A stretch of 33,652 nt of DNA from Sedimentitalea sp. (GCA_020441165.1 JAGRMU010000264.1:3257-36908), one strand, 5' to 3'; counted from the stretch's first letter, positions 1 to 8,754 are shown. Notes: generated by a model not told the origin, from the letters alone. Numbers and translations are program-made.

Positions 1-440
1 GCCAGCGGGATCGCGCCCTTGGACTCGATGACCTCGAACAGCTTTTCGCCCACCGGACCGCCGGTCAGAGAATCCAGCGCCGCGTAGTCGGGCATCAGGA
101 AGGGCAGCGAGAACAGGTTCAGCTCGGTGATCTGCGGCGACCAGTTTATGGTCGAGCCCACCGCCATGTCGATCACGCCCTGACGCAGCGCGGTGAACTC
201 GCGGGTCTGGTCGCCCTGGACCAGCTGCACGCCGGGATAGATCTTCATCTTGATCCGGCCATCGGTGCGTTCAGCCGTCAGCTCGGCCCAGCGTTCGGCG
301 GCCAGCCCCCAGGGAAAGGGCGCCGGAACCACGGTCGAGACGCGGTACTCGTCCTTGTAATTGTCCTGCGCCATCGCCGGGGCCATACCCAGCGTGGCCA
401 CTGCCGCACCCGCGGCGATCCAGGTCTTCAGGTTCATCAT
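1..440 (-). CDS. TRAP transporter substrate-binding protein, DctP family (N-terminal part; gene continues past the left edge)
   Basis: Absent from the ORF track because it is open at the window edge. The reverse strand from 440 reads MMNLKTWIAAGAAVATLGMAPAMAQDNYKDEYRVSTVVPAPFPWGLAAERWAELTAERTDGRIKMKIYPGVQLVQGDQTREFTALRQGVIDMAVGSTINWSPQI... This is a Sec-type signal peptide followed by DctP-like sequence. GGGAGGA lies 6 nt upstream of the ATG. Confidence 0.8.
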   Translation of the reverse strand, partial: MMNLKTWIAAGAAVATLGMAPAMAQDNYKDEYRVSTVVPAPFPWGLAAERWAELTAERTDGRIKMKIYPGVQLVQGDQTREFTALRQGVIDMAVGSTINWSPQITELNLFSLPFLMPDYAALDSLTGGPVGEKLFEVIESKGAIPL

Positions 441-492
441 GATGTATCCTCCCATGATTGATGAAAATCGGCGCCTCCCGGCACCCTCGGTT

Positions 493-1479
493 TCAGGAAA
501 CTTCTGCCGCCTGCATCGTCTTGCGCACCGCCGCCACGATCCGTTCGGGGCTGACGCGCGCTTCGTTCTCCATCGTCGGCGCATAGGCGATCGGGATGCG
601 CGGCGCGCCCAGCCGCGCCACCGGCGCCTTCAGGCGGAAATGCAGCGCCTCGGCGACGCTCGCCGCGATCTCGGCGCCAAAGCCCGACACCGACACCGCC
701 TCGTGCACCACCAGAAGCCGCCCGGTCCTTTCGACCGAAGCGAATACCCTATCGCGGTCCCAGGGCCAGAGCGTGCGCAGGTCGATCACCTCGGCCTCGA
801 TGCCGTCCGCAGCCAGCGTCTCGGCCGCCGTCATGCAGCCATGCCGCATCCCCGACCAGGTGACGATGGTCACGTCCCGTCCGTCCCGCGCGACATCCGC
901 CTTGCCCAGCGGGACGACATGCTCGCACTCGGGCAGGTCGCCCTCCAGCGCCCAGAGGTTCTTGTGCTCCATGTAGACCACCGGGTCGTCGCAGCGGATC
1001 GACGCCTTGAGCAGGCCCAAGTTGTCGGCGGGAGTCGCCGGGGCCACCACCACCAGCCCCGGAATATGCGTGTACCAGCTTTCCAGCGACTGCGAATGCT
1101 GGGCTGCCGACGAACGCCACATGCCCACGGGTTCACGCACCACCAGCGGCACGCGCATCTGCCCGCCGAACATGAACCGCGCCTTGGCCGCCTGGTTCAC
1201 CAGCTCGTCCACCGCGCACAGCGCAAAGTCCGAGAACCGCATCTCGACGATCGGCCGGGTGCCGGACATCGCCGCGCCGACGGCGGCGCCCATGATGCAG
1301 GCCTCGGAAATCGGAGTGTCAGCGATCCGGTCCGCGCCGAACATCTCCTGCAGGCCCTTGTACTGGCCGAACACGCCGCCCCGCCCCAGGTCCTCGCCAA
1401 GCGCCCAGACAGACGCGTCGCGCTGCATTTCCTCCATGACCGCGCGGCGGCCGGCTTCCAGGTACGTCGACATCGCCAT
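493..1479 (-). CDS. 2-oxoacid (acetoin/pyruvate-type) dehydrogenase E1 component, beta subunit
   Basis: 328-aa ORF with transketolase-like motifs (WALGEDLGRGGVFGQYKGL, DTPISEACIMGAAVGAAMSG, VVAPATPADNLGLLKASIR). Its ATG overlaps the alpha-subunit TGA by 1 nt (TGATG). Confidence 0.9.
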   Translation of the reverse strand: MAMSTYLEAGRRAVMEEMQRDASVWALGEDLGRGGVFGQYKGLQEMFGADRIADTPISEACIMGAAVGAAMSGTRPIVEMRFSDFALCAVDELVNQAAKARFMFGGQMRVPLVVREPVGMWRSSAAQHSQSLESWYTHIPGLVVVAPATPADNLGLLKASIRCDDPVVYMEHKNLWALEGDLPECEHVVPLGKADVARDGRDVTIVTWSGMRHGCMTAAETLAADGIEAEVIDLRTLWPWDRDRVFASVERTGRLLVVHEAVSVSGFGAEIAASVAEALHFRLKAPVARLGAPRIPIAYAPTMENEARVSPERIVAAVRKTMQAAEVS

Positions 1480-2489
1480 CAGTACGCCCGCTCGCGCGGG
1501 TCGCCCACATCCTGGACATCGGTAAAGGCCCCGGCGGCCTCCGGCCAGTCGGTGTCGCGCGCCATGCGCGCGATCTCGGCCATCCCCTCGACCTCGCCGC
1601 GATGCAGGTCCGCCAGCCGCGCATCCGCGATGCCCGCCACCCGCAGAGCCACCTCGATCCGTGCGATGGGATCGTTGCCCCGCCAGTCCTCGACCTCCTG
1701 CGTCGGGCGATAGCCCGCAGGATCGACCGAGGTATGCCCCGTCATCCGGTAGGTATGGCAGGTCAGGAACCGCGGCCCCTGGCCCGCCCGCACTGCCTCG
1801 ATCGCCGCTCGCGCCGCCGCATCCACGGCCACCAGGTCGTTGCCGTCCACCTCTGCGGTCTCGATCCCGAGGCTCTCGGCCCGCGCCGCCGCGCCGGCGC
1901 CGGCGGTCATCTCGCGGGTGCGCGTGGTGGCCGAAAAGGTGTTGTCCTCGCAGACGAAAAGAACCGGCAGATCGAACACCCGCGCCCAGTTCAGCCCCTC
2001 CAGGAACGGCCCCCGGTTCACCGCGCCATCGCCGAAGATGCAGGTCACGATCTGCCGCGATCCCTGCAGCTTCAGCGCGTGCGCCGCCCCGGTGGCAATC
2101 GGGATATTGGCCCCGACGACCCCGTTCGCCCCCAGCATCCCGACCCCGAAATCGGCGATATGCATCGACCCGCCCTTGCCGCCGCAGGTGCCGCCCTGCC
2201 GCCCGAACAGCTCGCGCATCATCGCCAGCGGATCGGCGCCCTTGGCCAGCGTGTGCCCGTGGCCGCGATGGGTCGACAGCATCAGGTCGGCCATCTCGAG
2301 GTTGCCGCAGACACCCGCCGCCACCGCCTCCTGCCCGATCGAGGGATGGATCGCACCCAGTACCAGCCCCTCCTTCTGACCCGCAATGGCCTCTTCCTCG
2401 AAGGCGCGGATGCGGTGCATCAGTCCCAGCAGATCCAGAAATCGCTCGCGGTCGAAATTGTCACGGCGCGGGCCCGGGCGTTGCGTCAT
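1479..2489 (-). CDS. 2-oxoacid dehydrogenase E1 component, alpha subunit (thiamine-diphosphate binding)
   Basis: 336-aa ORF with TPP-binding motif GDGAVNRGPFLEGLNWARVFDLPVLFVCEDN and the STHRGHGH region. An AGGA RBS lies inside the last codons of the upstream IclR gene. Confidence 0.9.
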   Translation of the reverse strand: MTQRPGPRRDNFDRERFLDLLGLMHRIRAFEEEAIAGQKEGLVLGAIHPSIGQEAVAAGVCGNLEMADLMLSTHRGHGHTLAKGADPLAMMRELFGRQGGTCGGKGGSMHIADFGVGMLGANGVVGANIPIATGAAHALKLQGSRQIVTCIFGDGAVNRGPFLEGLNWARVFDLPVLFVCEDNTFSATTRTREMTAGAGAAARAESLGIETAEVDGNDLVAVDAAARAAIEAVRAGQGPRFLTCHTYRMTGHTSVDPAGYRPTQEVEDWRGNDPIARIEVALRVAGIADARLADLHRGEVEGMAEIARMARDTDWPEAAGAFTDVQDVGDPRERAY

Positions 2490-2492
2490 TTC

Positions 2493-3305
2493 CTAGTCCT
2501 CGTCCTTCACGTCCAATGTCCGCGCCGCGCGGTCGCGGCGCCGGCCGATCATGGCTCCCAGATCAGCGGCCTCGGCCCTTAACAGGGCCACAAGTTCCTC
2601 CAGCCGCGGCGGCGCCACCCGCTCGCGGATCGCCGCCACCGACAGCGCAGCCGCCACCCGACCATCCCCGTCGATCACCGGCACACCCACGGCATTCATC
2701 GCGCTGACGATATGCCCGTCGTTAAAGGCAAACCCCCGCGACCACGCCGCCGCAACCATTGCCCGCAGCGCTTCGTCGCCAAAGGCAGCAAAGGGGCGCC
2801 GCGCCTCGCCGGTCGTGGCGATGATGCGTTCGATTTCGGCCTTGGGCTCGAACGCCAGCAGGGCCAGCGACCCCGCGCCAACCCCCAGCGGACGGCGGTC
2901 CCCCACCGACAGCGTCAGGGTGCGGATCGGATAGGCCCCGGTCTGGCGGTCCACGCAATGCGCCTGGTCGCCGTCGCGCAGCGACAGGAAGACGGTGTCA
3001 TCCGTTGTCGCCGCCAGCCGCGCCAGCGCCGGGCGGGCCAGCTCGATGATGTGAAACCGCCGCGCCGCGTGGCCCAGATTGAACAGGCAGTAGCCAAGCC
3101 GATAGCGTTTGCCCAACTCGTCGGTCTCGATATAGCCGACATCCATCAGCGCCCGCAAAAGCCGCGAAACGGTCGACTTGCCAAGGCCGATGGCCAGCGC
3201 CACGTCCGACAGGCGCATTCCGTCGGAATCGGCTTCCGACAGCGCCTTCAGCACCATCGAGGCACGCCCGATCGTCTGCAAGGATGCAACGCCAGTGTCC
3301 GGCAA
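2493..3305 (-). CDS. IclR-family transcriptional regulator
   Basis: N-terminal winged HTH (LQTIGRASMVLKALSE...MRLSDVALAIGLGKSTVSRLLRALMDVGYIE) plus a C-terminal IclR effector domain. The ORF is open to 3464, but TTG at 3305 is preceded by GGGGGAGGA and gives a typical 270-aa protein. The start is uncertain. The stop lies only 3 nt before the E1-alpha ATG. Confidence 0.85.
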   Translation of the reverse strand: MPDTGVASLQTIGRASMVLKALSEADSDGMRLSDVALAIGLGKSTVSRLLRALMDVGYIETDELGKRYRLGYCLFNLGHAARRFHIIELARPALARLAATTDDTVFLSLRDGDQAHCVDRQTGAYPIRTLTLSVGDRRPLGVGAGSLALLAFEPKAEIERIIATTGEARRPFAAFGDEALRAMVAAAWSRGFAFNDGHIVSAMNAVGVPVIDGDGRVAAALSVAAIRERVAPPRLEELVALLRAEAADLGAMIGRRRDRAARTLDVKDED

Positions 3306-3673
3306 GAAATCCTCCCCCGAACGGATCAGCCGACCCGTTTGTGCCGCTAGGTGATACTGATTCGTCCGGAAAGTGAAACACAATTTGTTAACTATTGCGG
3401 GTCGGCGCGGGACCGGTTCGATCCGGCCCGGCACTCCTGGTGTGATGAAAATACAGGAACGCATTGGGTGCTGCCTTTTTCAGGCACTCCATTTTCCCTG
3501 AGTACACCGCTCACGGTTGGGAATTGGGATCATTGCTCCGCGAACGGTAAAGGCTTGGGTCGGCAGTCCGCTGAACACGGGGAATCTTGCCCGCGCGCCC
3601 CGCTGACCATCGGGCTTGACGCCGGCGGGGCGGATCGGACAAGCTGGCTCCAGAACGACCTGGGGAGGCAAGC

Positions 3674-4101
3674 ATGAGACACGCGACTGCCAGTGCCGCG
3701 GCACTGGTCTTTTTCGCAAGCGCCGCTTCGGCCCGGTCGGCGCAGGTTCCCGACAACCTGGACAAGCTCTCGAACTTCCAGACCACCGGCGTGACCGCGT
3801 TCACCTTCGTTGCGCAGGGCGGCGACGATGGCGACCCTGCCGGACGGCGCCGATGCCGCGGACGCGCCGCCCGAATGCGTCGCTTGCCACGGCGCCGACG
3901 GGATCTCGCGGCTGCTCGACGCGCCCAACCTGGCGGGCGAATACGCCATCTGCATCGACACTCGGCTGAAGGCCTTCAAGCGCGGCACGCGGCGGCACGC
4001 GATCATGTCCGAGGTTGCCGCGGCGCTCGCGGATGACCGGATCCGCGAGATCGCGGGACTGGTATGCGGCGGTGGAGCTGCAGGCCGTGCCCAGCTTATG
4101 A
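3674..4101 (+). pseudogene. class I c-type cytochrome (c4/c552-like), disrupted by two apparent +1 frame changes
   Basis: Frame 2 has GGAGG, then 5 nt, then ATG 3674 and signal peptide MRHATASAAALVFFASAASA. Frame 3 has ECVACHGADG (CXXCH), PNLAGE, LKAFKRGTRRHAIMSEV and LADDRIREIA. Frame 1 from about 4057 has DWYAAVELQAVPSL followed by a stop at 4099-4101. Frame 3 has a TGA at 3792, so the signal peptide and the heme motif cannot be joined without a frame shift. Confidence 0.55.
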
Positions 4102-4172
4102 GACCGGGCAGCGACACCACGCGCATCGCGGCGCCCGGCGGAAACGACACATCAATCCAAGGAGGAGCAAAC

Positions 4173-5303
4173 ATGACACATTCCACGAAGATCGGCCGCC
4201 GGTCGTTCCTGAAGAAGACGGCGCTTGCCGGCGGGGCGGTGGCGGGCAGCGCGCTGGCGGCGCCGGCGGTCCTGGCGCAGAGCCCGGTCGTGCTGAAGAT
4301 GCAGACCTCGTGGTCGGCCTCGAACATCTGGCAGGAATTCGCCCAGGACTATGCCGACCGCGTCAACGCGATGTCGGGCGGTCGCATCCAGGTCGACCTG
4401 CTGCCGGCCGGCGCCGTGGTCGGCGCCTTCCAGGTGCTCGACGCCGTGAATGACGGCGTGCTCGACGCAGCCCATTCGGTGCCGGTCTACTGGTACGGCA
4501 AGAACAAGGCGGCCTCGCTCTTCGGCACCGGGCCGGTCTTCGGCGGTTCGGCCACCACGATGCTGAGCTGGTTCTACGAGGGCGGCGGCGACGAGCTCTA
4601 CCGCGAACTGACCCAGGACATCATGGGCCTCAACATCTACGGCTATCTCGGCTTCCCGATGTTCGCCCAGCCCTTCGGCTGGTTCAAGGGCGAGGTCAAC
4701 ACCGCCGCGGAGCTCGAAGGCTACAAGTACCGCACGGTGGGTCTTGCTGCAGATCTGTTGCAGTCGATGGGCATGTCGGTGGCGCAGCTTCCGGGCGGCG
4801 AGATCGTCCCGGCGATGGAGCGCGGCGTGATCGACGCCTTCGAGTTCAACAACCCCTCCTCGGACCGCGATTTCGGCGCCCAGGACGTGGCCAAGAACTA
4901 TTATCTCTCCTCCTATCACCAGGCGTCCGAAAGCTTCGAGTTCCTGTTCTCCAAGGACTTCATGGACGATCTCGAGCCCGATCTCCAGGCGATCCTGCGC
5001 TACGGCGTCGAGGCGGCCTCGACCGCCAACACCGCCAAGGCGATGCGGCGCTATTCGGCGGATCTGAAATGGCTGCAGGACGAGGCGGGCGTCACCGTCC
5101 ACCGCACCTCGCAGGACATCCTCGACGCCCAGCTCAAGGCCTGGGACAAGCTGATTCCACAGCTTGAGGAGGACCCGTTCATGAAGAAATGCCTCGACAG
5201 CCAGCGCGCCTGGGTCGAGCAGGTCACCTATTACGAGCTGATGAACGCACCCGATTATCAGCTGGCCTACGAGCATTACTTCCCCGGCAAGCTGAAGCTC
5301 TGA
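4173..5303 (+). CDS. TRAP transporter substrate-binding protein with twin-arginine signal
   Basis: GGAGGAG RBS 5 nt before ATG 4173. Sequence begins MTHSTKIGRRSFLKKTALAGGAVAGSALAAPAVLAQ (Tat motif RRSFLK). The mature part shares motifs with the binding proteins at 18201 and 21462 (MQTSW, GGEIVPAMERGVIDAFEF). The upstream 3810-4172 part of the track ORF belongs to the broken cytochrome frame. Confidence 0.9.
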   Translation: MTHSTKIGRRSFLKKTALAGGAVAGSALAAPAVLAQSPVVLKMQTSWSASNIWQEFAQDYADRVNAMSGGRIQVDLLPAGAVVGAFQVLDAVNDGVLDAAHSVPVYWYGKNKAASLFGTGPVFGGSATTMLSWFYEGGGDELYRELTQDIMGLNIYGYLGFPMFAQPFGWFKGEVNTAAELEGYKYRTVGLAADLLQSMGMSVAQLPGGEIVPAMERGVIDAFEFNNPSSDRDFGAQDVAKNYYLSSYHQASESFEFLFSKDFMDDLEPDLQAILRYGVEAASTANTAKAMRRYSADLKWLQDEAGVTVHRTSQDILDAQLKAWDKLIPQLEEDPFMKKCLDSQRAWVEQVTYYELMNAPDYQLAYEHYFPGKLKL

Positions 5304-5323
5304 CCGACACGGCCGCACGAAAG

Positions 5324-5355
5324 GGCGACCCCGGCATCGCGGTGCCGGGGTCGCC
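5324..5355 (+). promoter_or_regulatory. intercistronic stem-loop after the binding-protein gene (partial terminator or mRNA stabiliser)
   Basis: GGCGACCCCGGCA tcgcgg TGCCGGGGTCGCC is a perfect 13-bp stem with a 6-nt loop. It lies 21 nt after the stop at 5303 and 22 nt before the dctQ-type ATG. Confidence 0.5.
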
Positions 5356-5376
5356 GGAATCTGCAAAGGGGGGAAC

Positions 5377-5961
5377 ATGATCGGTTTCATCCGCTTCGCC
5401 GACGACCTGTCGGCCTGGTTCGGCAAGGCCTTCGCCTGGCTCATCGTCCTGATGTCGGTCGGAACCGGCTATGAGGTGTTCGTGCGCTACGTGCTCAACA
5501 GCCCGACCGCCTGGGCGCTCGACGTCTCGTTCATCATGTATGGCACGCTGTTCATGATGGGCGGTGCCTACACGCTCTCGCGCGGCGGGCATGTGCGGGG
5601 CGATTTCCTCTACCGCCTGTGGCGGCCGCGCACGCAGGGCGCTGTCGATCTCTTCCTCTACATCATCTTCTTCTTTCCCGGCGTTCTGGCGCTGGTCTTC
5701 TCGGGCTGGAAATACGCTGCCCGGTCCTGGCAATATGGAGAGGTCTCGGTGAACAGCCCGGCCGGGGTGCCGATCTACCAGTTCAAGACCGTCATCGTCG
5801 CCGCCGGCATCCTGCTCTTCATCCAGGGCATCGCGCAGGTCATGCGCTGCATCATCGCGATCCGCACCGATCAATGGATCGAGGCCGAGGAAGACATCTT
5901 CGAAACCGAGGATCTTCTGATGGCCAGGGCCTCGGAAGCCGAAAGGGACGGCCATCCATGA
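5377..5961 (+). CDS. TRAP transporter small permease (DctQ-type)
   Basis: 194 aa with four hydrophobic spans (WLIVLMSVGTGYEVFVRY..., FIMYGTLFMMGGAYTL, LYIIFFFPGVLALVF, VIVAAGILLFIQGIAQV). AAAGGGGGG RBS. Confidence 0.9.
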   Translation: MIGFIRFADDLSAWFGKAFAWLIVLMSVGTGYEVFVRYVLNSPTAWALDVSFIMYGTLFMMGGAYTLSRGGHVRGDFLYRLWRPRTQGAVDLFLYIIFFFPGVLALVFSGWKYAARSWQYGEVSVNSPAGVPIYQFKTVIVAAGILLFIQGIAQVMRCIIAIRTDQWIEAEEDIFETEDLLMARASEAERDGHP

Positions 5962-7376
5962 CGGATCCGCAAATCGCCCTGCTGATGCTGGGGCTGTTCA
6001 TCGTCGTCGTCTTTCTGGGCTTTCCGATTGCGTTCACGCTGATGGCCATGGGCATCGGCTTTGGCTATTACGCCTATTTCGATGCCGGTCGGATGTGGCG
6101 GTCCTTCGAGCGGCTCGACGAGGCGGCGGGCAGTTGGGACCAGTGGTCGACCTGGCTGGAGGGGTTCTTCAACAACCGAATATTCGATCTCTTCATCAAC
6201 CAGACCTTCACGGTGATGTCGAACGAGGTGCTGACCGCGGTGCCGCTCTTCCTGTTCATGGGCTATATCGTCGAGCGGGCCAATATCGTCGACCGTCTGT
6301 TCACGACGCTGAACATCGCCTCCAAGAATGTCCCCGGCTCGATGGGGGTCGCCGCGCTGATCACCTGCGCCCTCTTCGCCACCGCCACCGGCATCGTCGG
6401 CGCCGTGGTCACGCTGATGGGGCTGCTGGCGCTGCCGGCGATGCTCAAGGCGCGGTATGATCCGTCCTTCGCTGCCGGCATCATCTGCGCCGGCGGCACG
6501 CTCGGCATCCTGATCCCGCCGTCGATCATGCTGATCGTCTATGCCGCGGCCTCGAACGTCTCGATCGTGCGGCTCTATGCCGGTGCGCTGTTTCCGGGGC
6601 TGACGCTGGTCGGGCTCTACCTGATCTACGTGGTCGGGCGCTCGATCCTGCAACCCTCCGCGGCCCCGCGCCCCACCGACGAGGAAGTGCCCGACATGCC
6701 GATGGGCCGGCTGTTGACGATGATCCTGACCTCGTTCCTGCCGCTCGCCTTCCTGATCCTGGCGGTGCTCGGCTCGATCCTCTTCGGGCTGGCGACGCCG
6801 ACCGAGGCGGCCTCCATCGGCGCCCTCGGCGGCCTGCTGCTGGCGGTGCTCTACCGGGCGCTGACCTGGCAGCGGCTGCGCGAAAGCGTCTATCTCACGG
6901 TGCGGACCACGGCGATGGTCTGCTGGCTCTTCGTCGGCTCCTACACCTTCTCGGCGGTGTTCTCCTATCTCGGCGGCGAGCAGGTGATCTCGGAATTCGT
7001 GCAGGGCCTGAACCTCTCGCCGATCCAGTTCCTGATCATGGCGCAGATCATCATCTTCCTGCTCGGCTGGCCGCTGGAATGGTCCGAAATCATCATCATC
7101 TTCGTGCCGATCTTCCTGCCGCTGCTGACGTTCTTCGAGATCGATCCGCTGTTCTTCGGCATTCTGGTCGCCCTCAACCTGCAGACCAGTTTCCTGACCC
7201 CTCCAATGGCGATGTCGGCCTATTACCTCAAGGGAATCGCGCCGCCCGAGTTGCGCCTGACGCAGATCTTTGCGGGCGTCATGCCGTTCCTGGCCTGCGT
7301 GATCCTCTCGATGGTCCTGATGTATGTCTTCCCGCAGATCGTCTTCTACCTGCCCGAGCTGTTCTATGGCGGGTGA
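5958..7376 (+). CDS. TRAP transporter large permease (DctM-type)
   Basis: ATG 5958 overlaps the dctQ-type stop (ATGA). Sequence is MTDPQIALLMLGLFIVVVFLGFPIAFTLMAMGIGF..., 472 aa and polytopic. The 5619 start in the track is an out-of-gene extension overlapping dctQ. Confidence 0.9.
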   Translation: MTDPQIALLMLGLFIVVVFLGFPIAFTLMAMGIGFGYYAYFDAGRMWRSFERLDEAAGSWDQWSTWLEGFFNNRIFDLFINQTFTVMSNEVLTAVPLFLFMGYIVERANIVDRLFTTLNIASKNVPGSMGVAALITCALFATATGIVGAVVTLMGLLALPAMLKARYDPSFAAGIICAGGTLGILIPPSIMLIVYAAASNVSIVRLYAGALFPGLTLVGLYLIYVVGRSILQPSAAPRPTDEEVPDMPMGRLLTMILTSFLPLAFLILAVLGSILFGLATPTEAASIGALGGLLLAVLYRALTWQRLRESVYLTVRTTAMVCWLFVGSYTFSAVFSYLGGEQVISEFVQGLNLSPIQFLIMAQIIIFLLGWPLEWSEIIIIFVPIFLPLLTFFEIDPLFFGILVALNLQTSFLTPPMAMSAYYLKGIAPPELRLTQIFAGVMPFLACVILSMVLMYVFPQIVFYLPELFYGG

Positions 7377-8733
7377 GGCGGCCCCTCATCGGCGGTCCGC
7401 CGCCGCCGCGGCGGGCGCCACGCTCGGCGCTGTTGCCTTGCGCGACCGGCTCGCCTCCGGTGCGCTGTCCTGCCTCGATCTGACCGAGGCCTGCATCGCG
7501 CGGATCGCGGCGCGCGAGGACGAGGTGGGCGCCTGGGCCTGGCACGACGCCGAGCATGCGCGTGCTCAGGCCCGGCAGCTGGACGCATACCGCGCAGCCG
7601 GGCGGCCGATCGGGCCGCTGCACGGATTGCCGGTCGGCCTGAAGGATGTGATCGACACCGCCCGCATCCCCACCCAGAACGGCTGCGCGCTCGATGCCGG
7701 GCGCGTGCCGGTGCGCGATGCCTTCGTGGTCGAGCGGCTGCGTCAGGCGGGGGCGGTGATCCTCGGGAAGACGGAAACCACCGAACTGGCCTTCATGCAT
7801 CCGGCCCGGACCCGAAATCCCCATGCCTTGGGTCACACGCCGGGGGGATCCTCGGCGGGCTCGGCGGCGGCGGTGGCGGACGGCATGGTGCCGCTGGCAG
7901 TCGGTACCCAGACCGGCGGATCGGTGATCCGGCCCGCGGCCTTCTGCGGCGTCACCGGGTTCAAGCCGAGTTTCGGCGCGATCCCGCGGCGCGGGGTGCT
8001 GATGCAGTCGCAATCGCTCGACACGATCGGCGTCTTCGCCCGCGATCCCGAGGGCGCGGCGCTGCTGGCCGACGTGCTGTTCGGCCACGATCCGCAGGAC
8101 AGCGCAACGTCGCTGGCGCCGCCGCCGCGGCTTCTGGAGATCGCGCGCGCGGCGCCGCCCGTCGCGCCGGTCTTTGCGCTGGTGCGCCCGCCGGGTTGGG
8201 CCGAGGCCGACCCGCAGATGCGCGAGGCGCTGGACGAGCTTGGCGCCGCGCTCGGCGATCAGGCCTTCGCCGTCGAACTGCCGGAGGTGTTCGCGCAGGC
8301 GGCGGCGGCCCGGCGGTGTATCAACCTGGCCGAGATGGCGCGCAACTATCACCGCTACGGGCGCGACGGCGGCGCGCTGCTCGGCGCCGAGACCCGCGAG
8401 GCGCTGGAGGAGGGGAACGCGATCCTTGCCCGCGACTACCTGGCGGCGCTCGACTGGCCGGGGGTGCTGAATGCCGGCCTGGGCGAGATCTTCCGTCGCT
8501 GCGACGCGATCCTCTGCCCCGCCGCGCCCGGCCCCGCGCCCGAGGGGCTCGGCTCGACCGGCGATCCGGTGTTCAACGGCCTGTGGACGCTCTGCGGAAC
8601 CCCCGCGGTGAGCCTGCCGATCCTGACCGCCGCGAACGGGCTGCCGATGGGCGTGCAGCTGGTCGGCCCGCGCGGCGGCGACGGCCGGCTGCTGCGCACC
8701 GCGCGCTGGCTCTACGAGTGGGTCGGTGACTGA
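7366..8733 (+). CDS. amidase-signature (AS) family amidase
   Basis: Ser-cisSer-Lys signature regions are present: GLPVGLKDVIDT, GHTPGGSSAGSAAAVA, GTQTGGSVIRPAAFCGVTGFKPSFG. The only ATG (7366) overlaps the end of the DctM gene by 11 nt. The start is uncertain. Confidence 0.85.
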   Translation: MAGEAAPHRRSAAAAAGATLGAVALRDRLASGALSCLDLTEACIARIAAREDEVGAWAWHDAEHARAQARQLDAYRAAGRPIGPLHGLPVGLKDVIDTARIPTQNGCALDAGRVPVRDAFVVERLRQAGAVILGKTETTELAFMHPARTRNPHALGHTPGGSSAGSAAAVADGMVPLAVGTQTGGSVIRPAAFCGVTGFKPSFGAIPRRGVLMQSQSLDTIGVFARDPEGAALLADVLFGHDPQDSATSLAPPPRLLEIARAAPPVAPVFALVRPPGWAEADPQMREALDELGAALGDQAFAVELPEVFAQAAAARRCINLAEMARNYHRYGRDGGALLGAETREALEEGNAILARDYLAALDWPGVLNAGLGEIFRRCDAILCPAAPGPAPEGLGSTGDPVFNGLWTLCGTPAVSLPILTAANGLPMGVQLVGPRGGDGRLLRTARWLYEWVGD

Positions 8734-8754
8734 AACGACGACCGAGGAGACGAC

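Noticed and set aside
361-1713. 450-aa plus-strand ORF, and similar cases at 4152-5444, 11277-12635, 21291-22670 and 26474-27685
   Set aside because: All are antisense to genes with strong family motifs (E1 beta/alpha, TRAP binding proteins, SorA-like, DctM-type). They show Arg/His/Pro/Gly-rich artefact composition.
3351-3677. 108-aa ORF and an AT-richer patch (GAAACACAATTTGTTAACTATTGC) upstream of the IclR gene
   Set aside because: The ORF has a GTG start, no RBS and no protein-like features. The patch contains only the 6-bp GTTAAC palindrome, which is not enough to call an IclR box. It is probably ordinary promoter DNA.
3810-5303. 497-aa ORF that looks like a cytochrome c / TRAP binding-protein fusion
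   Set aside because: The N-terminal part has no signal peptide or RBS. It is the middle frame of a frameshifted cytochrome gene. The TRAP protein has its own GGAGGAG RBS, its own ATG (4173) and its own Tat signal. The open frame between them is coincidental read-through.
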